From positions 22,947-86,946 of the forward strand of contig CAYHOS010000001.1 of NCBI GenBank assembly GCA_964358505.1: a DNA stretch of 64,000 bases, read 5' to 3'. Origin of the DNA: an uncultured Candidatus Peribacteria bacterium. GTDB taxonomy: Bacteria; Patescibacteriota; Gracilibacteria; Peribacterales; Peribacteraceae. Positions 18,322-28,072 of this stretch are shown in pieces. The notes under the pieces were generated by a model. That model saw only the letters and a program-made list of their open reading frames with translations. It did no database searches and was not told the DNA's origin. Position 1 is the first letter of the stretch, and each line of letters begins with the position of its first letter. A program made the translations under genes and the position numbers.

Positions 18322-19072
18322 GAAGCGCATCATCCCGTCGCTCCTGCTGAAGGACAACCGCATGGTGAAGTCCGTCCGCTTCGGCGCGTACCGCGACACG
18401 GGCCACCCCATTACTGCCGCCCGCATCTACGATGCGCAGCGGGTAGACGAGCTCGTGGTCCTCGATATTTCCGCGAGCCTCGAGGGACGGACGACGTTCT
18501 TGGACACCGTCGTGCAGATGTCCGAGGAGTGCTTCATGCCGCTCTGCGTCGGCGGAGGCATCCGCAGCATCGAGGACATCCGGATCCTCCTCAGCAAGGG
18601 GGCTGACAAGGTAGCCGTCAATACTGCGGCAGTCGAAGACGAGGGCTTTGTGGAACGCGCGGCACGCATGTTCGGCTGCTCCACCATCGTCGTGTCCATC
18701 GACGTGCGGCAGGGGGAACAGGATGCCTATGAGGTCTTCACCCATGGCGGGACCCAGCCCGCCGGACGGGACCCGATCTCCTGGGCGCAAAAGGCGGAAC
18801 AATTGGGGGCGGGGGAAATCTTCCTCACCTCCATCGACCGCGACGGAACGATGGCCGGCCTCGATATCCTGCTCATCCGCTCCGTCGTGGAGGCGGTCAC
18901 CATCCCCGTCATCGCGTCGGGCGGCGTGGGAACCCTGGAAGATTTCCGCATCGGGATGGAGGAGGGCGGGGCGAGCGCCGTGAGCGCCGCGAGCATCTTC
19001 CACTTTACGGACCAGAGCCCCATCAAGGCGCGCAAGTACCTCGTGGATCGCGGCGTGAACGTGCGCGCCTGA
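18314..19072 (+). CDS. HisF-like cyclase subunit, copy 2
   Basis: Internal ATG of ORF 18167..19072. Carries 'RIIPSLLLKD', 'LCVGGGI' and 'ASGGVG'. Overlaps the hisH-like gene by 8 nt. Confidence 0.85.
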   Translation: MLKKRIIPSLLLKDNRMVKSVRFGAYRDTGHPITAARIYDAQRVDELVVLDISASLEGRTTFLDTVVQMSEECFMPLCVGGGIRSIEDIRILLSKGADKVAVNTAAVEDEGFVERAARMFGCSTIVVSIDVRQGEQDAYEVFTHGGTQPAGRDPISWAQKAEQLGAGEIFLTSIDRDGTMAGLDILLIRSVVEAVTIPVIASGGVGTLEDFRIGMEEGGASAVSAASIFHFTDQSPIKARKYLVDRGVNVRA

Positions 19073-19100
19073 AGCCTGTGATGTGCTACAGTGGCCTCGT

Positions 19101-20291
19101 ATGAGTGACTTGGCGCTTCACGGAGGCCACCCTGTGCGTGCGAAACTTCTTCCCTATGCCCGCCAATCGGTGCGCGAGGAGGACATTGCAGCCGTCACCG
19201 ACGTGCTGCGTTCCGACTGGCTCACGACGGGGCCGAACGTGGCGGAGTTCGAGCGGGAGTTCGCGGCAGCCACCGGAGCACGCGAAGCTGTGGCAGTGAG
19301 CAACGGCACCGCCGCGCTTCATACGGCGCTCCATGGCATCGATATACGGCCCGGGGACGAAGTGGTCGTACCGGCGATGACGTTCGCCGCCACCGCCAAC
19401 GCCGCCCTCTTCCGCGGGGCGAAACCGGTGTTCGCCGACGTGGATGCAACGACACTCCTCATCGATCCTGAGGATGCCGAGAAGCGCATCACGGAGAAGA
19501 CGAGAGCGATCATCGCCGTCGACTACGCCGGACAACCCTGCGACTACCAGTCGCTCCAGACGCTCGCCCGTCGCCGGAAGCTCAGGCTCGTCGCCGATGC
19601 CTGCCATGCGCTGGGAGGGGCATACCGGGGGCGTCCCGCAGGTTCGCTCGCGGACTGCAGTACTTTCAGTTTCCATCCGGTGAAACCGCTGGCTACGGGG
19701 GAAGGGGGAATGATCACCACGGATGCTGCGGACATGGCGACGCGCATGCGGCAGTTCCGCAACCACTGCATGACGAACGACCATCGGGAACGCCAGGAAC
19801 GGGGGGCATGGTTTTACGAAATCACAGACCTGGGGTACAACTACCGGCTTACGGACATCCAGTGTGCATTGGGGCGAAGCCAGTTACGCTCTGTGCCCGC
19901 ATGGACGGAACGAAGGAGGGAGCTTGCCGCCCGGTACGACGGGGCGCTGGCAGGGATGAACGGTGCCGCCCCCCTGAGTGTGCGTGACGATGCGGAACAT
20001 GCCTACCATCTCTACGTCATCCGGCTAGACCTCGCGCGCCTCTCCGCGGACCGAAACCAGATCTACCAGGCCATGCGCGCGGAGAATATCGGCGTCAATG
20101 TGCACTACATCCCCGTCCATCTCCATCCCTTCTATCGCACGGCGCTTGGGACCAAACCCGGCCTTTGCCCCGTGGCGGAGGCGGCGTATGAACGCATCCT
20201 CTCCCTCCCCCTCTTCGCAGGCATGACGGACCAGGATGCGCGAGACGTCATCACCGCGCTAGAGAAAGTGCTTTCCCATTACTCAGCATAA
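19101..20291 (+). CDS. pseC: UDP-4-amino-4,6-dideoxy-N-acetyl-beta-L-altrosamine transaminase
   Basis: DegT family with 'SNGTAALH' and 'FSFHPVKPLATGEGG'. Position in the pse cluster supports the call. Confidence 0.85.
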   Translation: MSDLALHGGHPVRAKLLPYARQSVREEDIAAVTDVLRSDWLTTGPNVAEFEREFAAATGAREAVAVSNGTAALHTALHGIDIRPGDEVVVPAMTFAATANAALFRGAKPVFADVDATTLLIDPEDAEKRITEKTRAIIAVDYAGQPCDYQSLQTLARRRKLRLVADACHALGGAYRGRPAGSLADCSTFSFHPVKPLATGEGGMITTDAADMATRMRQFRNHCMTNDHRERQERGAWFYEITDLGYNYRLTDIQCALGRSQLRSVPAWTERRRELAARYDGALAGMNGAAPLSVRDDAEHAYHLYVIRLDLARLSADRNQIYQAMRAENIGVNVHYIPVHLHPFYRTALGTKPGLCPVAEAAYERILSLPLFAGMTDQDARDVITALEKVLSHYSA

Positions 20292-20294
20292 GCC

Positions 20295-21278
20295 ATGCGT
20301 CACGCGCCGCCGCACCGGATTCTCATCCTGGGAGGAGGTTCCATCGGCTCCCGCCACGCACGGAACCTGTTGGCGTGTGGCGCAGGGGAGGTGATGGTCT
20401 TTGAGCCTGATGCGGCGCGAGCGGAACGCCTGAAGAGCGAACCGGGCGTGCGCGTGTTCCAGGGCGAACAGGAAGCGTTCCAATCCGCAAAGCCGGATCT
20501 CGTCTTCGTTTGCTCACCCACAGCCCTCCACGTCTCCCAAGCCCTCCGGGCAGTGGAAGAGGGTGCCCACGTCTTTATCGAAAAGCCGCTCTCGCACACC
20601 ATGGAAAGCGTGCGGGAGTTGCTGGAAAAGGCGCGAACCGGGAAGCGGGTGGTGATGGTGGGGTGCAACATGCGGTTCCACCCCGGCCATGCGGCCATCC
20701 ACCGCTTCCTCGCGGAAGGGGCGATCGGGTCGCCCGTCGCTGCCCGCATTTCCTACGGCGGCTACCTGCCCTCCTGGCGCCCCGGGCAGGACTACCGGAA
20801 GAGCTACAGCGCATCGCCCGAGCAGGGCGGCGCCGTCCTCGATTGTATCCACGAGATCGACCTCGCGCTCTGGCACTTCGGCCCGGCCGAGGTCTCCGGA
20901 TCGGCCGTGCTCCCCGCCACCGCCATCGGCCTGGAAACCGACGGCCTGGCGGAAATTCTCCTGCGCCACGCGTCGGGGGTCCTCAGCAGCGTCCACGTGA
21001 ACTTCATCCAGCGGGAATTCCGGAGGACCTGCAGCGTGATCGGGACGGATGGGTCGCTCACATGGGACTGTACGCGGGGGAGTGTGGAGCGGTTCGGGAC
21101 GGACGGGAACCTGGCCGAAACGATCGCACAGCCGGCCGGCTGGGAAACGGACACGATGTACCGGGATGAGCTGCGACATTTCCTGGCTGCGGCGGAGGAA
21201 GGGAAGATCCCGACCGGCTCGCTGCAAGAGGCATCCGCCGCCCTCGCCGTCGCCCTCGCCGTCCGGGAAAGCCCATGA
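20295..21278 (+). CDS. Gfo/Idh/MocA family oxidoreductase
   Basis: N-terminal Rossmann 'ILILGGGSIGSRH' and 'EKPL' motif. Confidence 0.75.
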   Translation: MRHAPPHRILILGGGSIGSRHARNLLACGAGEVMVFEPDAARAERLKSEPGVRVFQGEQEAFQSAKPDLVFVCSPTALHVSQALRAVEEGAHVFIEKPLSHTMESVRELLEKARTGKRVVMVGCNMRFHPGHAAIHRFLAEGAIGSPVAARISYGGYLPSWRPGQDYRKSYSASPEQGGAVLDCIHEIDLALWHFGPAEVSGSAVLPATAIGLETDGLAEILLRHASGVLSSVHVNFIQREFRRTCSVIGTDGSLTWDCTRGSVERFGTDGNLAETIAQPAGWETDTMYRDELRHFLAAAEEGKIPTGSLQEASAALAVALAVRESP

Positions 21279-22057
21279 AGACCGTCGCCATCATCCAGGG
21301 GCGCATGAGTTCCAGCCGCCTTCCCGGCAAGATCCTGATGGACGTTGAAGGCGTCCCTCTCCTGGCGCACGTCCTGCGCCGTGCCGCGGCCGCCCAAGTC
21401 TTCGATGCCGTCATCATGGCCACATCAACGGACCGCAGCGACGATCCCGTGGAAGCGTTCTGCCGCACGGAAGGCTTCCCCTGCTTCCGGGGTGACTTGC
21501 AGGACGTCCTCAAGCGCTACTGCTTTGCGGCACGCGCGAACGGGGCGGAGATCATCACTCGCCTCACGGCGGATTGCCCGCTCCTCGACCCGGCAGTGGT
21601 GCGACAGGTCGTCGAGGCCTTCGATCCCTCGCGGCATGACTACGTGAGTAACAGCATTGAGCGCACGTACCCCGACGGGCTGGATACGGAAGTGTTTTCC
21701 ATGGCCGCCCTCGAGCGGGCGTACGACGAGGCGCGGCTCCCGTCCGAACGGGAACACGTGACCTCCTATCTCCACAAGCACCCCGAACTGTTCCGGATAT
21801 CCCAGGTCACGCAGGAAGAAGACCTCTCGGCGCTGCGCTGGACTGTGGACGAGCCGAAGGATTTGGCCTTCGTTCGCGCGGTCTTCGCCGCGCTCGGCGG
21901 AGGCATCTTCGGCCAGGAACAGGTCCTTGCACTCCTCAAGAAGCACCCCGAGCTGCAGCGCATGAACGAGGGGATCGGATGCAACGAGGGGTACCAACGG
22001 TCCCTCCGGGAAGATGACGCATCCCTCCGCGCGCCGCGTTCCCGAACTCAACCATGA
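21275..22057 (+). CDS. pseF: cytidylyltransferase, SpsF/PseF type
   Basis: N-terminus 'AIIQGRMSSSRLPGKIL'. ATGA overlaps on both sides. Lies immediately upstream of pseG. Confidence 0.65.
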   Translation: MKTVAIIQGRMSSSRLPGKILMDVEGVPLLAHVLRRAAAAQVFDAVIMATSTDRSDDPVEAFCRTEGFPCFRGDLQDVLKRYCFAARANGAEIITRLTADCPLLDPAVVRQVVEAFDPSRHDYVSNSIERTYPDGLDTEVFSMAALERAYDEARLPSEREHVTSYLHKHPELFRISQVTQEEDLSALRWTVDEPKDLAFVRAVFAALGGGIFGQEQVLALLKKHPELQRMNEGIGCNEGYQRSLREDDASLRAPRSRTQP

Positions 22058-23544
22058 AGCTCCTCTTCCGTGCAGATGCAGACACGGACGCCGGTACCGG
22101 CCATGTCATGCGTTGCCTCGCCCTCGCGCAGGTGGCGCAGGACCGGGGGCATGAAACTTTCTTCGTGACGCTTGCCGCAAACCCCCTGCAGGACCGCCTC
22201 CGGAAGGAAGGGTGCGGCATACGACTGCTTTCCGCGCCGCAGGGGAATCAAGAGGATGCGGCGGAGACCCTTCGCATCGCGTTGGATTCGGGTGCGGATT
22301 GGATCGTCATCGACGGCTACCGCTTCGATGATGCGTACCAGCGGGCGCTCAAGGGGGGCGGACTGCCCCTCCTCTTCATTGATGACTACGGCCACGCCAC
22401 GCCCTACGCGGCGGACATCATCCTGAACCAGAACTCCTACGCGCCGGGGGTCGGAGGATGGTATGCCCGGCGCCCCGCCTCGTCGCGGCTCCTCCTCGGT
22501 TGCGCGTACACCTTGCTGCGCCGTGAATTCCGGTCCTCCCTGCGCCCCGACTCCCCCATCCCCGCGCGGGCGTCGTCGGTCCTCGTCACCCTGGGGGGGA
22601 GCGACCCGCGCAACGCCACTCTCCTGGTGATTGAAGCCCTCCGTTCCCTGGGGGAGGGAATCCGGACCGTTCGAATCGTGGTGGGGAAGGCCAATCCGCA
22701 CCTGGAAGGATTGCGTGCGGCCGCGGGGGAGGAGAACGTCATCGTGGATGCCGCGGACATGCCTGCGTTGATGGCACAGGCGGATCTCGCCATTGCAGCG
22801 GGCGGCACCACGTCCTACGAACTTGCCTTCATGGGCATTCCTTCGCTTCTGTTCACGCTCGCAGAGAACCAACGGCAGGTGGCGGAGGACTTGGCGGAAC
22901 GGGAAGCGGCTCGATCCTTGGGTGATCCGAACGGCATCGCCCCTCCCGGCCTGGCGCAGGCGATCCGGGAACTTCTCGGTGACCCGGACACCCGCACGCG
23001 CTTCTCACGCAACGGACGGAAGCTCGTGGACGGCGGCGGAGCCGAGCGCGTCCTGCGCGCCATGGAACCGCCTTCTGCTTCCCTCCGGTTGCGCCCGGCG
23101 ACCGTCGGGGATGGCCGTACGCTGTGGGAGTGGGCCAACGACCCCACGGTGCGCGCGTCCGCCTTCTCCTCCGATCCGATCCCATGGGAAGAACACATGC
23201 AGTGGTTCGGGAAGAAATTGCGGGGGGAAAGCTCCCGTATCTTCATCGCCCTGGATGGGGGAGGGACGCCAGTCGGGCAGATCCGCTTCGACGATACGGA
23301 AGACGGCGCGGCGGACGTTGACCTGCACATCGCGGAGGGAGAGAGAGGGAAGGGGTACGGCCGGCCACTCATCGAGGAGGGGCTGCGCGCCCTCGGCGCC
23401 TCCGCGGGACCCCGCATCGTCCATGCGTACGTGAAGGCGGACAACGACGCGTCCCTCCGCTCCTTCCGGAAAGCGCGGTTCGCGGAGCGGGGAAAGGAGG
23501 TGCAGCGGGGGAAAGAGGTCTATCATTTCATCGCGTACGCATGA
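22054..23544 (+). CDS. pseG: PseG (UDP-2,4-diacetamido-2,4,6-trideoxy-beta-L-altropyranose hydrolase) fused to C-terminal GNAT (PseH-like)
   Basis: N-terminus 'FRADADTDAGTGHVMRCLALA' is PseG-like. The last ~155 aa ('LRPATVGDGRTLWEW...GKGYGRPLI') are a GNAT domain. Confidence 0.8.
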   Translation: MKLLFRADADTDAGTGHVMRCLALAQVAQDRGHETFFVTLAANPLQDRLRKEGCGIRLLSAPQGNQEDAAETLRIALDSGADWIVIDGYRFDDAYQRALKGGGLPLLFIDDYGHATPYAADIILNQNSYAPGVGGWYARRPASSRLLLGCAYTLLRREFRSSLRPDSPIPARASSVLVTLGGSDPRNATLLVIEALRSLGEGIRTVRIVVGKANPHLEGLRAAAGEENVIVDAADMPALMAQADLAIAAGGTTSYELAFMGIPSLLFTLAENQRQVAEDLAEREAARSLGDPNGIAPPGLAQAIRELLGDPDTRTRFSRNGRKLVDGGGAERVLRAMEPPSASLRLRPATVGDGRTLWEWANDPTVRASAFSSDPIPWEEHMQWFGKKLRGESSRIFIALDGGGTPVGQIRFDDTEDGAADVDLHIAEGERGKGYGRPLIEEGLRALGASAGPRIVHAYVKADNDASLRSFRKARFAERGKEVQRGKEVYHFIAYA

Positions 23545-24239
23545 GCCCCTCCTGTTACATCGTCTGCGGCTCAAAACCCTGGAACCGTGCAGTGTTCGAT
23601 CGGCAGATCAGGACGCTTCCCGGTAACTGGCACTTCTTCGGGAAGCGGGAGGAACTGGCGCCGGAAGCGGTGGCAGCCCTCCGGCCGAAGGCCCTGTTTT
23701 TCCTCCATTGGTCGTGGAAGGTGCCACGGGAGATCACCGAAAAGTATCAATGCATAAATTTCCACATGACGGACGTCCCCTTCGGACGCGGCGGGAGCCC
23801 GCTGCAGAACCTCATCCTGCGCAGCCACAGAAGTACCAGGCTCTCCGCACTGCGTATGACGGACGCGATGGACGCCGGCCCGGTGTACCTCAAGGAAGAC
23901 CTGAGCCTGAGGGGACCGGCGCGGGAGATCCTGGAACGATCCAGCGCTCTCGCGGCTGCGATGATCGCGAGGATCGTCCGCGAGCAACCCTCACCCATTC
24001 CGCAGGAAGGGACTGTGGTCACGTTCGAGCGGCGCACGCCCGCACAGAGCGTTATCCCCTCGGGGCTCACGCTCCCGCAACTCTATGATTTCATCCGCAT
24101 GCTGGACTGCGAAGGGTACCCCCCCGCGTTCCTGGAACACGGCGGGTACCGCTATGAATTCACGAACGCGGCCGGGGGGAAGGGCTCCCTGGAAGCGCGC
24201 GTGCGCATTCGTCCGGCAAAAGAGGACAGGAAAGGCTGA
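23541..24239 (+). CDS. formyltransferase-like protein (Fmt N-terminal-domain family)
   Basis: 'NFHMTDVPFGRGGSPLQNLI' resembles the HxSLLPxxRG region of formyltransferases. ATGA overlap with pseG. Confidence 0.55.
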   Translation: MSPSCYIVCGSKPWNRAVFDRQIRTLPGNWHFFGKREELAPEAVAALRPKALFFLHWSWKVPREITEKYQCINFHMTDVPFGRGGSPLQNLILRSHRSTRLSALRMTDAMDAGPVYLKEDLSLRGPAREILERSSALAAAMIARIVREQPSPIPQEGTVVTFERRTPAQSVIPSGLTLPQLYDFIRMLDCEGYPPAFLEHGGYRYEFTNAAGGKGSLEARVRIRPAKEDRKG

Positions 24240-24242
24240 AGG

Positions 24243-25139
24243 CTACTCGAGGTAGCGGCTGGCGAGGACCGCGTTGTGCCGGCAGAGGCACGGGATGCCC
24301 CTGAGTACGGGATACGCGAGCCCCTCCGCTTTGCAGAAGAACGCCCCTTCGGAAGGCAGGAGAGCGGCGCGGCAGGAGGGGCAGGCAAACCCCGCATCGG
24401 CCTGTACGCCCCGCAGGGGCTGCTTCTCAACCACCAGTACGCCCGTCGGATTGAGGGGATTGAGCGCGGTGCCGAGGAGTTTGTGCTTGCGCACTTTTCC
24501 CCCCAGCTTCTCCGCAATGTCGGGCAGGCCACGGCAGTACCTGTGTTCCTCCATCCGCGCGCGCGCTTCCGGCGAGGCGAACTCGTAGCTGGGTTCGAAG
24601 AGGACGAGAAAGCGGCCGGTAACCCGGTACAGTTCAGCGAGGATCTCCGCCTCGCGGCCATGGTTCGGCTCGACGGCATGGGAGGTGAAGACGACATCAG
24701 CGGCGTCATCGGGGAGAGCGATGGCTTCCAATTCCCCCGCAAACAGGTCCGCGCTTTGCCCCTTTGCCCCAAGATACCCGCGCCCGAGATGGACCCTCGA
24801 CCAGCTGATGTCGAATGCGCGCACGGGCGAGCCCTCCGGCAGAGACAACCGCCGAAGGATCTCGCTGAGCATGGTTGCCTCCCCCGTGCCGGGCTCCAGG
24901 AGCGAACGAGGCCGCAGAGGGGCGAGGGTTTGCGCAACGGCATCGGCGTACCGCGCTACGGCCTGCCGGTGTGCGGGATCATGGAGCGCCTCGATGTAAC
25001 TGCCCGCCTGGAGATCATAGCTGATGAGGATGGATGCCTGGTCGTTGATCGCCGTTCCCGAGGGTCCGCGCAGGATTTGCGTGATGTTCTCGTTGCGGGC
25101 ATAGGCGGCCTTGAGGTCCGTGAGATTGGGCTTGGACAT
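24243..25139 (-). CDS. SAM-dependent methyltransferase with C-terminal Trm112-like zinc-ribbon
   Basis: 'LLEPGTGEATM' motif I and C-terminal 'CPSCRA...GIPCL'. TATACT 9 nt upstream of ATG 25139. GTG 25160 is an alternative start. Confidence 0.65.
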   Translation of the reverse strand: MSKPNLTDLKAAYARNENITQILRGPSGTAINDQASILISYDLQAGSYIEALHDPAHRQAVARYADAVAQTLAPLRPRSLLEPGTGEATMLSEILRRLSLPEGSPVRAFDISWSRVHLGRGYLGAKGQSADLFAGELEAIALPDDAADVVFTSHAVEPNHGREAEILAELYRVTGRFLVLFEPSYEFASPEARARMEEHRYCRGLPDIAEKLGGKVRKHKLLGTALNPLNPTGVLVVEKQPLRGVQADAGFACPSCRAALLPSEGAFFCKAEGLAYPVLRGIPCLCRHNAVLASRYLE

Positions 25140-25148
25140 GGGAAGACC

Positions 25149-25154
25149 AGTATA
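25149..25154 (-). promoter_or_regulatory. -10-like TATACT, 9 nt upstream of ATG 25139
   Basis: Recurrent pattern. Confidence 0.4.
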
Positions 25155-25165
25155 GCGCACTGTGC

Positions 25166-25171
25166 TATCCT
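25166..25171 (+). promoter_or_regulatory. -10-like TATCCT, 6 nt upstream of ATG 25178
   Basis: Recurrent pattern. Has the same TCCTCC spacer as at 33711. Confidence 0.4.
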
Positions 25172-25177
25172 TCCTCC

Positions 25178-25855
25178 ATGAACCTCGTTATCGCCGCCCA
25201 TCCGGACGATGAAGTCCTCGGCTGCGGAGGCACCATCGCGCGCCTCGCCGGGGAGGGGCAGGACGTGCATATCCTCATCCTCGGGGAAGGGGCGACGTCG
25301 CGCTACGCCCAACGAACGGAAGCGCCCGCGGCTGACCTCAGGCGCCTCCGGGAACAGGCGCACAAGGCCGCGGCACTCCTGGGGGCGAAGGGCGTGACCG
25401 TCCACGGCTTGCCCGACAACCGCTTCGATACCGTGCCGCTGCTGGACATCGTCAAGGCCATCGAGACGCACGTGAACCGCCTCCAGCCGGAGACGATGTT
25501 CGTGCAGCACGGAGGCGACTTGAACATCGACCACGCCCTCACGTTCCGTGCGGCATTGACGGCCGCGCGGCCCATGGCCGGCGCGCCGGTCAAACGCGTC
25601 TACGCGTACGAAGTACCCTCCTCCACAGAGTGGTCGTTTGGGCAGTTTGCGCCCGCTTTCCGCCCCAACACATTCGTGGACATCGGCGCCACGTTCCGCA
25701 GGAAGCAGGAAGCCATGGCATTGTACGAAGAGGAAGCGCGCGCGTTCCCGCACCCCCGTTCGCCGGAAGCGTTGGAGGCGCACGCGCGGTACTGGGGGAG
25801 CGCGGCCGGGTTGGAGGCTGCGGAAGCGTTCCAACTCATTCGCGAAACGCGGTGA
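25178..25855 (+). CDS. PIG-L/LmbE family N-acetylsugar deacetylase
   Basis: The 'AAHPDDEVLGCGG' signature is at the N-terminus. Confidence 0.8.
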   Translation: MNLVIAAHPDDEVLGCGGTIARLAGEGQDVHILILGEGATSRYAQRTEAPAADLRRLREQAHKAAALLGAKGVTVHGLPDNRFDTVPLLDIVKAIETHVNRLQPETMFVQHGGDLNIDHALTFRAALTAARPMAGAPVKRVYAYEVPSSTEWSFGQFAPAFRPNTFVDIGATFRRKQEAMALYEEEARAFPHPRSPEALEAHARYWGSAAGLEAAEAFQLIRETR

Positions 25856-26940
25856 CCAGGGATGTCATCATCAACGGCCGTCCCGTCGGCCCCGGCCATC
25901 CCGCGTACATCATCGCGGAGATGTCGGCGAACCACGGGCAGGATAAGGGGAGGGCAAAGGAGATCATCCATGCCATGAAAGAGGCGGGGGCGGACGCCGT
26001 CAAACTGCAGACGTACACGCCGGATACGATGACTCTCGATTGCCATAACCGCTTCTTCGTCGATTGCCTCAAGGGCACGATCTGGGAAGGGCAGTCGTTG
26101 TACGACCTCTACGGGGAGGCCCATACCCCCTGGGAATGGCAGGCGGAACTGCTGGAGCTGGCGGAGGGCTTGGGACTGGACGGTTTCTCCACCGCCTTCG
26201 ACGGCACGTCCGTCGACTTCCTCGAAACCCTCGGCGTTCCCGCCTACAAGGTCTCCTCCTTCGAGCTGGTGCACCTTCCCCTCATCCGCCGCGTCGCGGC
26301 AACCGGCAAGCCGCTCCTCCTCTCCACCGGCATGGCGACGCTGGAGGAGATTGCGGAAGCGGTCGACGCCGCAAAGGACGCGGGAGCCCGGAGTATCGCG
26401 CTCCTCAAGTGCACAAGCGCCTACCCCGCAAAGGCGGAGGACGCCAACGTGCGCACCATCCCCGCCATGCGGGAGCGCTTCGGGGTACCGGTGGGGCTTT
26501 CCGACCATTCGCCGGGCAGCGCCGTCCCCGTCGCGGCCGTCACGCAGGATGCGTGCATCATCGAGAAACATTTCGTCCTCGACCGTGGGCGCGACAAGGG
26601 TCCCGACAGCGCGTTCTCCATGGAACCGCGGGAATTCGCGGCCATGGTGCAGGATGTCCGCGCAGCTGAAGAGGATCCCGGTACGGCGAAGATGGATGAG
26701 AAGGCCCTCGGCACCGTCCGCTATGGCCCCATGGAAGCGGACAAGAAGAGCCTTGTGTTCCGCCCCTCGCTCTTCGCCGTGGAAGACATCCCTTCTGGAG
26801 CGCCGCTGACGGCACAGAACGTGCGGATCATCCGTCCGGGGTACGGCCTGCCTCCACGGGATCTGGAACGCATTCTTGGGCGAAGTGCCAGGAAACGGAT
26901 CGAGAGGGGAACGCCCTTGGCATGGGACTTGCTGGAATGA
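25852..26940 (+). CDS. pseI: pseudaminic acid synthase (NeuB family, copy 2)
   Basis: GTG 25852 overlaps the PIG-L stop (GTGA). Carries 'IIAEMSANHG', 'DAVKLQ' and a C-terminal SAF domain. Terminal gene of the pse cluster. Confidence 0.85.
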   Translation: MTRDVIINGRPVGPGHPAYIIAEMSANHGQDKGRAKEIIHAMKEAGADAVKLQTYTPDTMTLDCHNRFFVDCLKGTIWEGQSLYDLYGEAHTPWEWQAELLELAEGLGLDGFSTAFDGTSVDFLETLGVPAYKVSSFELVHLPLIRRVAATGKPLLLSTGMATLEEIAEAVDAAKDAGARSIALLKCTSAYPAKAEDANVRTIPAMRERFGVPVGLSDHSPGSAVPVAAVTQDACIIEKHFVLDRGRDKGPDSAFSMEPREFAAMVQDVRAAEEDPGTAKMDEKALGTVRYGPMEADKKSLVFRPSLFAVEDIPSGAPLTAQNVRIIRPGYGLPPRDLERILGRSARKRIERGTPLAWDLLE

Positions 26941-27027
26941 CAGAGTGACACGAGCCTTGCTGCATCAAAACCCGCGCGTACTGACGAACCATGGCGTGAA
27001 CGTGCGTGCATGAGGTTGGCAATGGGA

Positions 27028-27056
27028 TTGACATCTATATATTTACACAATATTAT
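27028..27056 (+). promoter_or_regulatory. sigma70-type promoter TTGACA-N17-TATTAT
   Basis: TTGACA at 27028-27033, a 17-nt spacer, and TATTAT at 27051-27056, in the only AT-rich intergenic stretch of this region. Confidence 0.6.
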
Positions 27057-27145
27057 TTCTATATGTCGATCTCAAGATCGGCTGCTTACTAACCGAGCAG
27101 CTGCCAAAGGTCGGCATGCTGCTCATTCACAATGGAGGTGCACGT

Positions 27146-28072
27146 ATGATGACTGATCTTGTTACCGCGTTTGACGCGGCTGCCCAGGCAGCCTTGGAAG
27201 CTGCACGGCTGAATGACCTTCCGCTCCTCGTCCAACGGATCGGGGAAGCGGATACAGCCTTTCAGGCTGCAGTTGGGTGCGTGGGACATGATGCCCTGCG
27301 CGAACGGATCCGGCAGACGGTTTCCCCTCTGCTTAAGCAGGAACCGGAACTGGTGGCGAGGTTGAATTTTGCCGCATCGCTCGCCGCAAGCGGTAGTCAG
27401 GGGCCCTTCTTCCACACCGCCAGGCAGATGTGTGCGGAACGGGCGGAGGAACTCCCTCCGGCGGAACTGCCGGGAATCGTGGAGTCCTTCAGGCGCACCA
27501 AAATGTACAAGCAGATGGACTTCTTCGCCGACCTCCTGCTGCGCAAACTGGAGGGTGGCACGTCGCAAGCTGACTGGAAAGTGCGTGCCAAGAACAGCTA
27601 CGAGCTGAGCATGGCCGTGATCCAGCACGCGGAAGACGGGCCGACCGCCGCTGCGCAAGCGCTGTACCAGATCGCCATGAATCTGGCTCATCGATCGGCA
27701 CAGGAAGCGGAGCAGGCCGGCGATGCCAAGGGGCGGTTGTACGCTCTCATGCTGGTCGGCGCACTGCAGCTCAAGATGGGCAATGTACGGGAATCCATCC
27801 AGCTCTCGGCACAGGTCAGTGACGAGGCGGAGAATCTTGCCGCCGCTGCTCCCGACGATGGCGCTAAGCAACGTTTGCTCCGGATTGCGATGAACACTTG
27901 CTTTCATCGCATGAACGCCGGGGTGGAGCATGATCATGGAGTAGAACTCGTGAGAGAGATGCTGGCCAAGATCGAGACCAACCCCATCTACCAGTCCGCG
28001 AAGGATGCGGACTGGGCAACGGGTCCTATCGGAAAGGCCCGGAAATACCTCCAACAGAAGGCGGGGCATTGA
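27146..28072 (+). CDS. hypothetical protein (predicted all-helical, no recognisable domain)
   Basis: GGAGGTG (27134-27140) lies 5 nt before ATG 27146. It has its own promoter and terminator. Preferred over the antisense ORF 27089..28096. Confidence 0.6.
   Translation: MMTDLVTAFDAAAQAALEAARLNDLPLLVQRIGEADTAFQAAVGCVGHDALRERIRQTVSPLLKQEPELVARLNFAASLAASGSQGPFFHTARQMCAERAEELPPAELPGIVESFRRTKMYKQMDFFADLLLRKLEGGTSQADWKVRAKNSYELSMAVIQHAEDGPTAAAQALYQIAMNLAHRSAQEAEQAGDAKGRLYALMLVGALQLKMGNVRESIQLSAQVSDEAENLAAAAPDDGAKQRLLRIAMNTCFHRMNAGVEHDHGVELVREMLAKIETNPIYQSAKDADWATGPIGKARKYLQQKAGH

Noticed and set aside
27077-27123. Possible structured leader or riboswitch upstream of the orphan gene (GCAGCTGC palindrome, repeated TCGGC..TGCTGCT)
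   Set aside because: Only short, weak pairings could be found by eye. There is no resemblance to a known riboswitch core that I can support.
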